Shown piece by piece: positions 24,901 to 37,900 of a stretch of DNA of 64,000 nucleotides. The notes beneath the pieces were generated by a model. It was given only the letters and a program-made list of their open reading frames with translations. It had not been told where the DNA came from and ran no database searches. The translations under genes were made by a program, and so were the position numbers. The stretch covers positions 3,598,001-3,662,000 of the forward strand of contig NW_024704742.1 of the NCBI RefSeq assembly GCF_018977255.1, in the 5' to 3' direction. Positions within the stretch are counted from its first letter, which is position 1, and each line of letters begins with the position of its first letter. This stretch comes from Callorhinchus milii (lineage: Eukaryota).

Positions 24901-26085
24901 TCACCCATGACAATGTTCTGGGCGATGGTGGGGCAGGCCAGAGCCTGTTATAACAACATAATAAGACACTGTACCAAATGCAAGGATGAATATTACTTGA
25001 TCTAAGATGAGCAACTTCAATTTGGGGTGAGGAGGATCAAAAAGCAATGCAACATACACACTGCAGTCATGCTGCACTCTGCTTTACAGGTTCTAATGAC
25101 GTCACCCACTTGATTTACACTCCTACTAAAGGTTAACGTCTATTTAGATTGAACATTGTCCAGCTTCGCTGACCTCATGAAAGTACTTAGCAAAGCTCCA
25201 ACTGGCGTATCTAACCTCCATTTGGTCTGCATCCAAGTAGTGTTGTAGTCTTTCACCAGTACCCTGAATGGAACACAGTTCTAAGCACAAGGTCTGCCTA
25301 TATATCAAGGCCAATTGGAGTGAAGAAAGAAGTTACTACTTTTGGACTGCATTTCAGCCATCAGTCAAACTCCAGACATTATCTGGGCTCAGACTGTGCA
25401 GTGATTATTACAGCATATTCCATCCAAGCAACTAAGCATCAGCAAGAGCATCCGCTCACAACGCTTTCTGTTTAGAGTCAAGTTGTATTGGACTTTTAGC
25501 CAAAATGAGCGACCGCTTTGATGAATGGCAGGGAATCAAAAGGACATAAAAGCCTATCTTTGGGGGCAATTCACAGTCTGAAAAGATGTGTTTACGGAGC
25601 TACGATTCAAGATGAGCTCTAAAACTGGACGATTCTTCAGCTCCGAGAACGAGTGGAAGATAGTCGGATTGCATCAATTGGCCCCTAGCACTCCTTGAAA
25701 AAGAAGGACTTCTCCATACCTCGTCAGAAGAGGCAGTTGTTTACTAATAAGTCTCCTGAAAAAACATTTGAAATTCAGCCGTCCAGTTGGGACTAACTCT
25801 CGTGTTCTGGCCATTGGTCCTCAATCTTAACTTACCACTCCTTCCCATTCATGTTTCGTTTTGTCTTCTATGATAGTTGTCTTATACCCCCCCACCCCCT
25901 CCCCAGGCTTTTCACGCTATCAAATGACTGCTAAAACTTGTCATTGTTGGTTCAATTAAAAATAATTGAGTGCCCACGGCAATGTCCAAAAGTTGAGTGA
26001 GTGAATGTGTGCTATAATGTCCAAACTGAGAAATGGCAATTATTTGCACATGGAAGGTGCTCTTGGTCTGAGTTTAATCTATTAA

Positions 26086-26686
26086 TGGGATCTTTAACGT
26101 CCACGTGACCAGATCAATTTCAAGATCCTCACCCTCGTATTCAAGTCCCTGCACTCCTCTGCTCCCCCCGACCTCTCTGACCTCCTCTCTCCTCAGCACA
26201 GTACCCGTTGCCTTTGTTCCTCCGAGTCTGGCCTCCTCCTCGCCCCCCCGAGTCCTCCCCTCCACCCTCGGCGGCCGTGCCTTCAGCCACAATGCCCCGA
26301 GGCTCTGGAACTGCCTTCCTCACTCCCTTCGTCTCGCCCCCTCCCTTCCCATTTTCAGGTCTCTGCTGAAGGCCATTCTTTTCGACCGCGCCTTTGGTCA
26401 CCTTCCCCCGCCCCCCTGGCTCAGTCCCGGGATCCGTTACTGTAAAGCGCTCTGAGTCGCCGTCCGGCGTGGAGGGCGCTATATAAATCCAAGTTGTTGT
26501 TGTTGTTGTTGAGACCTTGGTTTAACGTCTCATCTGAAGGACGGCACCTCCAGCAAAATACAACACACCTGAACATTGCATTGGAATGTTAACTTAGACT
26601 ATGTGGTTCCAAGTCCCAACGTGGGACTTGAACCCACAACCTTCTGACGCAGAGGCGAGAATGCTACCAACTGAGCCAGGCTGACA
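26086..26686 (-). mobile_element. Deu-domain SINE 5' half split by L2 (26086-26105 and 26512-26686)
   Basis: atgggatctttaacgtccac | gaccttggtttaacgtctcatctgaaggacggcacc...ctaccaactgagccaggctgac. Confidence 0.85.
26106..26511 (+). mobile_element. L2 LINE 3' fragment nested in a Deu-domain SINE
   Basis: STLGGRAFSHNAPRLWNCLPHSLRLAPSLPIFRSLLKAILFDRAF, then a tail with (GTT)n. Confidence 0.9.
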
Positions 26687-28642
26687 AATGATCCTTCAAA
26701 GAGGACAGTGATCAACCTGGACTGGAGATATGACACTTGAAGCCCGATATTGATAGCATCCGAGGAGAGAAACATTTGGTGAGCCTCTTATATTCTTGTC
26801 AAAGATTGATGCACTTGGCCTTCTACAACTTAAAACCAGCACGAAAGAAGCTATCCACAAGGATGGACTTTGGAATCATGGTACCAATCATCAGTGATAC
26901 TTCAAATGTTGAAGAAACAATTGATATTTCTCTTTAGGTGAACAGTAACTTAACTGCGCAGCATTTTGAAAATGATCGTATGCACAGTATCGGGGTATAG
27001 GCGAACACTTTGTGCTTCATTGGGCAATAACAGGGTTAAAGCTTCAAATGGATCTCACAGACCATTTTGCATTAACAAATGAATAGGAATCGTTAAATAA
27101 TTCAGCCCAACACAAGCAAAAGTTCAAAGGCCAATAATCCTCCACCTTCATTTGTCATTCAATTCATGGGGTCTGTGGAACCCTGCTGACACAAATGGCT
27201 GCCACGTTTATCTACAAAGAAGTCATTACGATGCCTTGGCAAGTGCTTTGAGAACGTTCAATGTGACAAAGCATAATAAAGTACCAGATCTTTCTTTAAT
27301 TTTCAAACCAGAACAACAGCTGCTGTAATGCAGTAGGAACACATGGAACAACACACACCTTGTGTTGTTTGGAACATGCAGCCTTTAAAGAGTTAACATT
27401 ATACTGTAAACTGTCATGAGCAAGGAAAGCTTACAAGCATTCAAGTAGAGATTGAGGCAATGTGAATAAATTATTTAAACCTATATTCAGTTTAGGACAT
27501 AGTTTATACAAAATTCCACGATTTACCATATATTAACATAAGCAAAATACCTGCAGGCAAAGAGACAGGGCTTTGTGTTTTTATAATATGAAACAATTGT
27601 GCTTTTGTGATATGAAATAAATAATTGACATGACGTGCATCAATATCCAGGCAATCTGTTTCTCTGAAATTAGTTTTACAAAATACTTGAAGGAACTTGT
27701 TAATGTTCGTCACTGGGGACCTTTTCATTAGTTAAAATTGGTCATTTTTAAATAATGAATTCTATTCATCCAATAGCACACAATTTGGAGACCAGTTACT
27801 GAGGGTAAGCAGCTCTGTGAGCCAGAGAGCTAATGGGTAGGGTGGTCCTAACTGGACAAGTAATTGGAAGTTTGCCAGACAAGGTTCGCAATGGAAAACT
27901 GCACAGTTTCAGTTGGTTAAAAGCCAGCAGAATCCAAATGCACATTCTGGGGTTCCCCAAACCTTCGGCATTTGCCAACCTGTCCCGAATACTTTCCAGA
28001 ATTAGGTAAGCAGGATGCAGCGCTCCGGGGATAGAGAGAGAGAGAGAGAGAGTGTGCACTCCATTCCTGACACGTGAAATGCTGATGCGTAGGTGGCACG
28101 CAGATACGATACGCTTCCGGTTTGGACATGACATGGTATGGCAATGGGTTTCGACGAGTCAAACATAGCAAAGTTCTTCACAAGTAATCTCATCTCTGAT
28201 ATTCTGTGAGGCAGCCATTTATGCACAAACCACATGGAGTGAATGGTCAATTAATTCAGAAGATTGTTGGTCAAGACACCTGATAGATGGAACCCTCAAA
28301 CATGCCATACTCCCCTCGCTACTTTATCTGAATATCAGCTTGGGTTGTGAGCTCAAGGCTCCACAAGGAACTTGAACCACAACTTTCTGAATCCATTTTA
28401 GATCCCAAACCTGTTTGTCTGACCAACCACTCCAAACAAATAAAAAATAGGTCAGTAAACGATTTTTTGAGTTTTTTTGGTTCTCGTCAGCATTTCTCCA
28501 ATGCTCTGCTTGCTCGTGTTCCTGGCGACACACTCCTCAGTGTTTATCTCACTCAAAGCTTTCCAGCCTATATTTTCTCCCACACCACATTCTGCATACT
28601 TACTGCTCTCAACCTTGCTTGGTTCCACTGTTTTCTGGTATT

Positions 28643-28959
28643 ATAATAATAATCCTTGCATTTGATATAGCGCTTTTCACATCGGGAGGACGGCCCAAAG
28701 CGCTTCACAGAACACACTGTAAAGTGAATTGACTGTATATTTGTGGGCGAACGCGGCAGCCAATTGCGCACAGCAATGTCCCACAAACAGTCGTAGATTG
28801 AAAATGACCAATTTATTATTGTTTTTGGTTTTGGAGGGATTATTATTAGGCTCTGTGTGGAGTAAGGAAACTTGCCCAAGGTTTCGCCCTCTGCCTGGAA
28901 TTGAACTCAGGTCTCTCGCTTGCAAAGCGAGTGCTCTTACCACTGAGCTACAGGACTCC
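28643..28959 (-). mobile_element. Young full-length tRNA(Ala)-derived CORE/Deu SINE
   Basis: Head GGAGTCCTGTAGCTCAGTGGTAAGAGCA-CTCGC-TTTGCAA-GCGAG-AGACCTGAGTTCAATTCC (A box, TGC anticodon arm, B box); almost identical to the 40852 and 62885 copies. Confidence 0.93.
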
Positions 28960-29294
28960 TTTTTTTTTACTGGATTGACTTCAAGATTACCTTCACCTTT
29001 AATTCTCTTTAATCTCAACTCTTCCCCAACCTCTGGATCTCTTCAAACGCTCTGCTCTCTGTACCTCCGCTCTTCCAATTTGTATCTATTCCTCCTTCCT
29101 TACTCCCTCTGTCTCACCATTATTGGCTGAGCCTGCATCTAATGCTCCATAAATCATTTTAATTTTATTACAATCAACACTTAAATACCTTACTCGCTTC
29201 TACCTTCCCAGTTTGAATATGGGTTTCCAGGCCAAGGCACCATCCCTTCGAAAATTCAATTCAGTAAGTCAGGTTATGGCATCAATGTTCCACA

Positions 29295-29480
29295 GATCAC
29301 AAGGTTGGTTTGGATGAAGAAAGCCCTTTGGCCCACATGATCTCATCCTTCCACAATGCTCACCACACCTCATTCCAACACATCAAGCTGTTTTTTTTCA
29401 AAACTAATTAATGACTGGAACATCGTTAATTATTCTCTGGGTAAAGAAATACTTTCTGGAACCTGTCGTGCCCTTTGCAA
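29295..29480 (-). mobile_element. CR1 3' end fragment
   Basis: ggtttggatgaagaaagccctttggcccac...tctcatccttcc; same family at about 715-810, 31550-31680 and 45450-45635 (+). Confidence 0.65.
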
Positions 29481-30152
29481 TTCTAAACATGGCAATGTAC
29501 TACTATCCTGGTGTTTCTGAAAATAGTCACCAAAACCTGCCCAACCACAAACTCAACCATGTCAATCTCCTGGAAGAGAACTTGAATGCACAAGAACTCC
29601 ACCGGCAAGCAAAATATCCAGTCCTCCATCCAGATTGATCAACACTGGCTTCTCTGTATGGTAGCATCTCCTTCTGTCTCTCTCTCTTTTCCCCCACCCC
29701 ACAACAGAGAAATTATAGCATCCCTTGGTGTATTTGTTCAGATCAATTTGCATCTATCTCCTTAATTCCAAAAATAATGTCCAGTCGTATAGTTGCATAG
29801 CTCATTCTATTCCTAATGTGAAAGGCGTTCTATCAATTGTAAGGATTATTATTGTGATTCCTGTCGGAGTTGAGGCACAATTTGCCTCCTTTTTTGATAT
29901 TCTGTTCCCTACATTATCACTATGTGAATATAAAAAATCATCCAATTTCTACTCTCAACCAAGGCTCATTAGCTTTTAATCTAATATCTCTGAGACTGCA
30001 ACCACATTCCCAGGAAAGAAAAAGCCTGGTTACAACTGTGCCTCATGGTTTTCAATACAATTGAGAGATGAGTCAAAAAAAAAAGTACCTTCACTGCTAC
30101 ATTGTTCAGTAATTTTTTCACCACACATAATTACAGTAATGATTTAATGACA

Positions 30153-30440
30153 ACAATAATAATCCTTGCGTTTTATATAATGCCTTATCACATCGTTGAG
30201 ACGTCTCAAAGCACTTCACAGAATATATTGAAAAGTTATTTTGGGGCATCCAATTGTGTGCAGCAGTGTTCCACAAACAGCCGTGGATTGAGTGACCACA
30301 TTTCTTTTGGACCAACAACTGTGTTCCTACTTACTGCTAGGTAATCAGAGGCTCGTGGAGTAAGGAAACTTGCCTGGGAATCGAACCCGGGTCCTATCTA
30401 TCGGTTGCGAGGCGATTACACTAACCATTGTGCTACGGTA
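30153..30440 (-). mobile_element. Diverged tRNA/CORE/Deu SINE
   Basis: Tail, ttcctacttactgctaggtaa, gggaatcgaacccggg. Confidence 0.8.
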
Positions 30441-30659
30441 TGTAGTCAAAAGTCATTTAGAAAGGCAAGTACATGAGGTGAATTACTCTGAACAGATTTT
30501 CAGGTCCTGAGTTAAGGGCTGTCAGAGTCAGCTCAGGGTCTACTAGTCTTGTGGCAATGTTTGGATAACGGTTAATTGTACCTGAAGCTAATTGCCTAGA
30601 ATTTGGTCTGCAAAAGATGTCAAATAATTGAGTATACGGCCAGAATATTGGTGAGCAGT

Positions 30660-31015
30660 CATTAACCCGGGCACTCCCATCCTCGCCAGGCTCCATTGCC
30701 TCCCTATCGCCCGACAGGTCAACTTCAAGGTCTTCACCCTCATCAATAATTCCTTCCATGATCCTGCCGATCTCTGTGAGCTTCTTCCTCACTCTTCTGC
30801 TCACCCTTTCTGTCTGTATATTCCTTCCCCCCACCCATCGGTGGTCGAGGTTTCAGCAACTATGCTCCTAATCTCCTTCCCTCTATCCCACTGTCTCACT
30901 CCCCCCTATTTATCCGTCTTTAGTTGCCTGCTAGTAATCTACCTCTTTGACTGTGCCTGTTAAGCACTCCAAGACGCTACCCTGCACGAAGGGTACTATA
31001 TATGCAAGTTGTTCC
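30660..31015 (+). mobile_element. Degraded L2 3' fragment
   Basis: ctccattgcctccct...aacttcaaggtcttcaccctc...tail gggtactatatatgcaagttgtt. Confidence 0.7.
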
Positions 31016-32933
31016 TGTGCATCAAACATTTTTGTACCTCATTTAGGAACAATAGAAACACAACTCTCCTCCCCCACTCCCAACGGATAGTGATTCACTG
31101 AAGCACAAGCCACAGATTGACCTTAATAACTACTTGCAAAAGTGGGTTGAGTGGATTACAGTCAATGCCTTAGCTGACTTCTCCACAAACCATTACTACG
31201 TAGTCATTTGATTTATACACTTAAACAAAAAGGAGCAGTACTTAATAAGGGATTTGCATTGTCCTTTTATTTTTGTGGCAAAAAGTCAGGTGAAATCATC
31301 GTACTGCACTTTAGCATGAAAACTCATAAACAATACCAAGGAATTATTACTTCATTTGAGATTTACTGCATTTAACTTTGGTCTCAAAATAAATAAGAGA
31401 TGACCTGCAAACAATGCAGCCACTACAGGTCTTCATCCAAATATTAACGTCTTATCACATTGAAATACTTAAAAAAATGTAAACTACATTCAAGGGACTG
31501 CATTTTCCTAACACAGAAGACATTTGTGCACAGTTTTGCAAAGAAGCCACATGTTCAGAGGAGCGGTTCAGATGAAGACGGCCCTTTGGTCAATTTGATC
31601 TCATTCTTCCATCACAGCATCAAACGGTTTCTTAAATGAGTCCAGTACCTGGCCTCAACCACGCATCCTGGAAACTCGTTCAAACATAATAACCTTTGCT
31701 TTTGATATAGCGCCTTATCACGTCTTCGAGACGTCTCAAAGCGCTTTTTAGAATATACTGTAAAGTGAATCGACTGAATGTTTTGTGGGGGAAACGCAGC
31801 AGCCATTTGCATTTTACAAACATGAGTTTTTACAAACATGAAAGATGAATGAACAATTAATGTGGAGGATTGATTGGCCGCCCACCCCACCCCCAGAACA
31901 TCTTCCCTTAACCTTTTGAATTGTGCCATGGGATCGATAACGTCCAGCTATATGGTCCGTGGCTCTGAGGAGGGCATATCTCTTGGTGTCCTGGTCAACA
32001 ATCCTTCAGATTAAAAAAAATCGCTCATTTACTTGCGGCACTTTGTACAAAACTGCTGTATGCAATGCCTACAAACACACAGTCACTGCCATTTACAGAA
32101 ACCTCTGTGGAGACATTTCAGTGTCATAAGCCACTATAATAAATTCATGGATTATGATTATGATTTGAAATGTGCAACCCTCTACACCGCATAGCTCGTG
32201 AGTTAACAATATTTTTCTAAGAGCCTTTATATAACAGAGTTGGACGCACTGTCGGTTAGTTTTGCGTGATCTATGATATTAATGACGATGAAGATCTGAC
32301 ATCCCATCCATCAGTCTTATTTCAGCTCACAGTCAGGGTAAATTGTTGCAATGATGACTGTTTTCCCCAGCACTGCTGTGCAATTTTCATTACCGGGTAA
32401 AATATGTAAATTGCTTTAATGTCCCTTTGATGTAAGGCCGGTATGGTAGCTGGTGATGACTATTAAATGCCTTGTGACTTCAATATAGTTAACTGGTGTG
32501 CATTGAAGCTGAATGCTTGAGGGTATAAACATGACAAATATTAAGATCACAGGACATAGCAGGATAACATTTTCAGCGCCAACAATAACCCTGAGCACTG
32601 AAATTAAATACAGAATCAAATTAAGTAAATACCTTGAAAATTACTTACGAAGATAATAGCTTTGAAAGGTCTTTAAGATCATTTCCAGCTCTCCCCATCC
32701 TCTTTCCCACTCCCTCCTTCATTCATATACGGGCAAGGTTAACGGGTGAGTGTATTCAAACACCGCACAGCAATTGTACTTTTAAAAATTGGATTCAATG
32801 AAACTCGATCGTACACATCCCTGTTTGCACATTCATATCAATGTCAGCTTTATCGCACTGTGACACAGTCATTAGCTCCAAAAAGACTTTGCAGCAAAGC
32901 ACATCTGCAGATGAACTGTAGAAATGCCATCTT

Positions 32934-33200
32934 ATAATAATAATCCTTGCATTTGATATCACGTCTTCGAGACGTCTCAAAGCGCTTCACTGAATATATT
33001 GTAAAGTATATTGACTGTATGTTTTGTGGGCAAAACACGGCAGCCAACTGTGCCCAGCAGCGTCTCACAAACAGTCATGGATTGAGTGAACACTTTTTCT
33101 TAATATCAATATATTTCGATCTACTTCTTTGAAGGGAGTATTACCCCCGGAAAAGCGATCCACCAATCAACTAACAACCGTGTTCCTATTTATTGCGAGG
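32934..33200 (-). mobile_element. 5'-truncated SINE (long-CORE variant)
   Basis: Tail plus ccccggaaaagcg...aatcaactaacaacc. Confidence 0.8.
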
Positions 33201-34441
33201 AACTTTAAATGGAAACGGGGAACAGATTTATTCATCAGTAATGCCAGAGGCTTTTTTTTGTCCCTTCTGGTCCCCAGTTTATTTGCCAGTACAGTACATT
33301 GCAGGATTGATTTCAACATCCTCTCCCTCACATACAAATCCCTTTGTGCCCTAGCACCTCCCTAAGTCTCCGACCAGCTTGTACCTCTGTCCGCCCTTTT
33401 CGCTTAGCTAACACAGGCCTCCACCCCTTCCCTGACAAAGACCTTTCTCTTCAATCGCAATCTATGGTCACGTCCCCTCCCTTTTCTCCTTGCTTGTCAT
33501 CCAACCTCATCACTGTGCGGCACTCCAAGACCCTACCCCGAATGGAGGGCGTTATATAAATACAAGTTGTACACGTAATAGGAAAATAATTTCCAAGACA
33601 AGACGTTTAATGGTGACCAGTTCTCTCCAGCATCGAATCCACGAAAAGGCAGAATTTCAGCTAATAATTGATTTCAGTAGTTTCGGGTCCGAACGCTCCC
33701 ACGAGCTTCGGCAAGATGGTTTGCTCCAGAGACTCTTTCGATAAAAACAACACTGTGAAATAACTCATCAACAGAATTTTAAAATCAGTTCAGAGATATA
33801 GTCAGGGAAATGCCGTCCAACTGACTAAGCTAAGCCAGGATGGTATGTTTCGATCAAATAACCGTGATTTGCATCAGCGTCAGTTGGGCCAGAGTCCAAG
33901 GTGACTATCCAAAGGTTTTGTGCAAAACCACTGTGTCAACACTGCGGGAAAGTTCAGACCTGAAACCAGTCAATAATTAGTTTATAACTTCACTGAGGGA
34001 ACTAGGGGTATAAGGAGAGGCCTGTGGGGCTCGTGTGGAGTAGAAACACCAGCAAGGACCAGTTGGGCCGAACGGCCTCTTTCTGTGCCATAATTCCACG
34101 AAATGTTACACATTTACCTCTAGGCAGAGAGTCAAAATATATTCTTTGGAGGAGCTGAATAAAACTTGTCGGGATGTCCTCACCTCTGATTAGCCGATGG
34201 AACACGTCAGTCAAGCAGGGGGTTGGGAATCCTCCCACTCAGCTCCAGTTGACCCTGCTGGCTGAAGCCCCAATGGGTAGGGTGGTCCTAGCTGGACAAG
34301 CAACGGGAAAGCTTGTCAGACAATGATATCAATGGCAAACAATGTGGTTTTAACTGGTTAGATATTGAAGGATTCCATCTGCAATATATTTTGGACACTA
34401 ACATGACACTGTGCTGTAGCGCATCTTGGGGAATTGAGTCT

Positions 34442-34670
34442 AAACAACAACAACAAGATTACATGTGCATAGCGCCTTTCGCGTCGGGAGGACGTCCCAG
34501 TGGACAGTGTATGGCATTTCAGACCCGAGCTGGGGTCAGGGGGGGGAGAAGGGAGGGGAGGGGAAGGGGAGTGGCTGATGGCATGATCGAAGAGGAGGGT
34601 TTGAGGCGGGACTTGAAGAAGGCTATGGAGGGGGCGAAGCGGAGTGACTGGGGGATGGAATTCCAGAAGT
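34442..34670 (-). mobile_element. L2 3' fragment
   Basis: (CAA)n tail; SHSPSP/TLLFDHAI-like region; ggcgggacttgaagaagg. Confidence 0.7.
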
Positions 34671-34869
34671 CGATGACATCGGATTAGGTTTCCCAAGGTT
34701 ACATCGAAGGAAGTTGGTTTGCCACCATCATCCCCTTCCCCCCCCCCCCCCCCCCCCCCCATCCCACCCACACACACAGCGAATAGGCACATGCGCACAG
34801 CAACAGTACTCCCTCCGCGCCAATCTGCGCTGCTCACTCCCACAGACACACACGATAGATAGTCAGATC

Positions 34870-34939
34870 AAACAAAGCAAAACCAGAAAAAGCTCGAAAA
34901 TATAACAACTGTTTTGAGAGAGTAAATACGGAGTTTAAT
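34870..34939 (-). terminator. Candidate distal polyadenylation site
   Basis: Minus strand ATTAAA (34939-34934), CA about 18 nt downstream, then a GU/U-rich tract (gttgttatattttcgagctttttctggttttgctttgtttg). Confidence 0.4.
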
Positions 34940-37900
34940 GAAAACATAATAACGTGCACAAGAAAACACCCAGGTGACAATTAAGTTTCTTTTTATAGCC
35001 AAGCTAATTGATTGAATGGAAGCATATCTGTTAACCAAGCAATTCAAGTGAAAATACAACCCTCGGACACACATTCCTAAAAGAGCCGTGAATAAACAAA
35101 AAGCGTAACTCGCGAGCAAATATTCGAGTGCTCCAGAAAGATTTGCTTACATTGCTTTGGTGAAAACATGTTGTTGGACTTAACACACCAAGGCCTTCTT
35201 AAAATACATTTGTGTAAAGAAAAAGGTGAGGTGGAAGGTATAGAAACTTCATTCGGTTTTGAGAAATATACCTCTGTTGCCTTAGCCAAGGCTGACAAAA
35301 CAGTGGCATGTTATTCTGAGTTATAAACAGTACATGCAAAACCGCTTCTATACCATTATGTTAAATAGGCTTCGATTTTATTACAAACGGTTTTTCTTCC
35401 AAACGTATCAAAAGTAGCCTGGACAAACCTGAACGGCAGGTCTAATAACAACCTTTTCTAAACCAGTACTGTATCTGGACATTGAGTGTGTTCATTTACG
35501 TGATCAAGCTTTGGTTACCGGTTGAAGGCACTTGAAAGACAACGAGTACAAAATTCCTGTTGCCACGATCCAGTGGGGAGAGAGAAATCAATGGACAGTT
35601 TTACAACATAAACTCTACAAATGCACCACTGGATTAAACTGACTCCCTTTTGCCTCAACTTTGGGTTTTTCTTCACTTTAGGTAGGTTGAGAGAAGGATA
35701 TTTCTTCTTTCCTTAAAAAGTGGTCTTTTTTTTAATAACTAGTAGTCTACATTACGCTGATTATACTCTGAAGAATCTGCATTGATTTCTCCCTGGCACA
35801 AAATTTGCTCTAAATAATGGAATTATTGAATAGCAATGACACTCACTCCCCCGCCCCAAGAAAAAGCTTAATAACCGTAAAAATGCATCTGCTGAATTGG
35901 GTACTTTCATATGATTGGTATCTACCGCTTTACGACATGGTAAGGTGGTGCAGCATTGAATCCCCCCACCCCCCCACACACACACACACACACACACACA
36001 CAGGCACATTTTACTCCTCTGTGTGCACTTACCCAAACAGTCTCCCTTTAGTAGTAGTTCAGCACACCTGACGTGCAACAAGTTTTAGGCACGAAAGTGG
36101 TTCTGTGCCACAGTGAGAACCTCGGGAATCATGATCAAGTCTAAGCAGGTGGTTGAGTCATGACGGGTTTTGTGCGTTGTAAATGGCAGGAAAACCACAA
36201 ACACGCAGGATCCCACAAACCCAGAAAAAACAAATCCATCAACCCAACCCCCACCCGCACCCTCGTCCTTCCTGCCCCCGCTGTCTGCAATAGAAAAAAG
36301 GACACCCCCAATAAAGTGTTTGTTTCAAAACCAACCCAGAATCTTTTTATCGCAGGGCTTGGCTGGCACGCTAAAGGTAACAGAGTTAGGTTGTTTTAAA
36401 ACTCCGCTCTATGGTGTCTTACTCTCGTGCAATTTATTTTAAATCACGCCCTCTGTCTTTGCTTTTTATGAACTAAGCCGAGATATTACAGTCAACACCA
36501 CAATCGGTGTCATTTGATTACACATTTCTATTACCTCTGTTATGTGCTTTGTGGGATGTTCACAGGATATTCAGATGTAAGTTTGCTGCTTGACTTACCC
36601 TTTGACCCCCCCCAATTCAAGCCCAATGTTGTTGCTCCCTTTTCCTTCACTTAATAATAATCCTTGCATTTGATGTAGCGCTTTTCACGTCTTCTAGACG
36701 TCCCAAAGCGCTTCACAGAATATACTGTCAAGTGAATTGACTGTATAGTTGTGGGCGAACACGGCAGCCAATAAGTCAAGAGTCCCTGACGGGGAATTCT
36801 GTGGGTTGGTGGCAGGTTGGCGAGGCTGAGTGCGAGCCGATCCTCACTCCAAAGCACTTGGGACTAGACGACAGGGCAGTTCTGTGAGCCGTTAAGTTAG
36901 TGCCTGCTTTAACGGTTCGGAGTTGCTATTAACGAATTCCCACTGGGAGCAGCTACTTTTTCCACCTAATCTTATCCATATGCTAATTCGACATTAAGAT
37001 GGCTGATTAATTAGCAGACCAAATGTACCCTGAATATTTCACAAACTCACGGACATCCCATCCATCTCCTCCCCCAAACTATCGCCCGTTGCACAAACAA
37101 GTCAAAAACGGCCAACCTTTCAGTCACTATTGGAAACTGTGTAAATTCCATTCCATTCCGTTCAGACACAGCCACTCCTACTCACGCAGCTGTTGAGCTT
37201 TGAATGTAGAATTTAAACATTTAGTGGGTGGCGGATGAGTTAGAATTAAACAAGTTCAGTTAAACCACACGATTACCCTTTACAGATCTGCCGAGCCAAC
37301 ATCCAAGGCAACGGTTCACGGATAAGCATAAGGAAAATACCTGAAAATCCCTAGTACGTGTACACAAAATTACATACCGGGTTGACTATCACACTTCCAC
37401 GCATCACTTAACGTCGGTTTTAGCATCAGTTTTGCGATACAGCTACGTGCCTTCCGCAATTTTCTGGCTATATTTAGGACCTTTACAACCGAGTTGCAAT
37501 CCGACCAAATAAAGAATAGTGAATTGTTCCTCCCAAACCCCATCACTGACCCTTCACCCCATCGGGTTACTGGATTCAAAGTGGATAGAAAAAAGTGAAC
37601 AAAGTTCTTGGTGGGGGGAAAGCCAATCAGCCCGATCTCCCATTTATGTACCATACCATCTCACTGAATTGGGACTTTGAAATTATATAATATTAATAAA
37701 GGTCGGATTGAAGGCTGCTCCTGAATTCTGCAGGGATGCACTGACACTGACACAATCCTGTCTGATTCGGCATCTACACTTCCCGTAACCTCATGGATCA
37801 AGATTTCGTAATGGATGCAGGGATGGCTTTCACTGTATGAAACTGTACCACTCTAATCTGTGCTTCTTCTCCACCGCAAAAATGCACAACAAAAGCCCCA

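Noticed and set aside
28885..28959. tRNA-Ala-like sequence
   Set aside because: SINE head: no proper acceptor stem, and it continues into the SINE body; not a tRNA gene.
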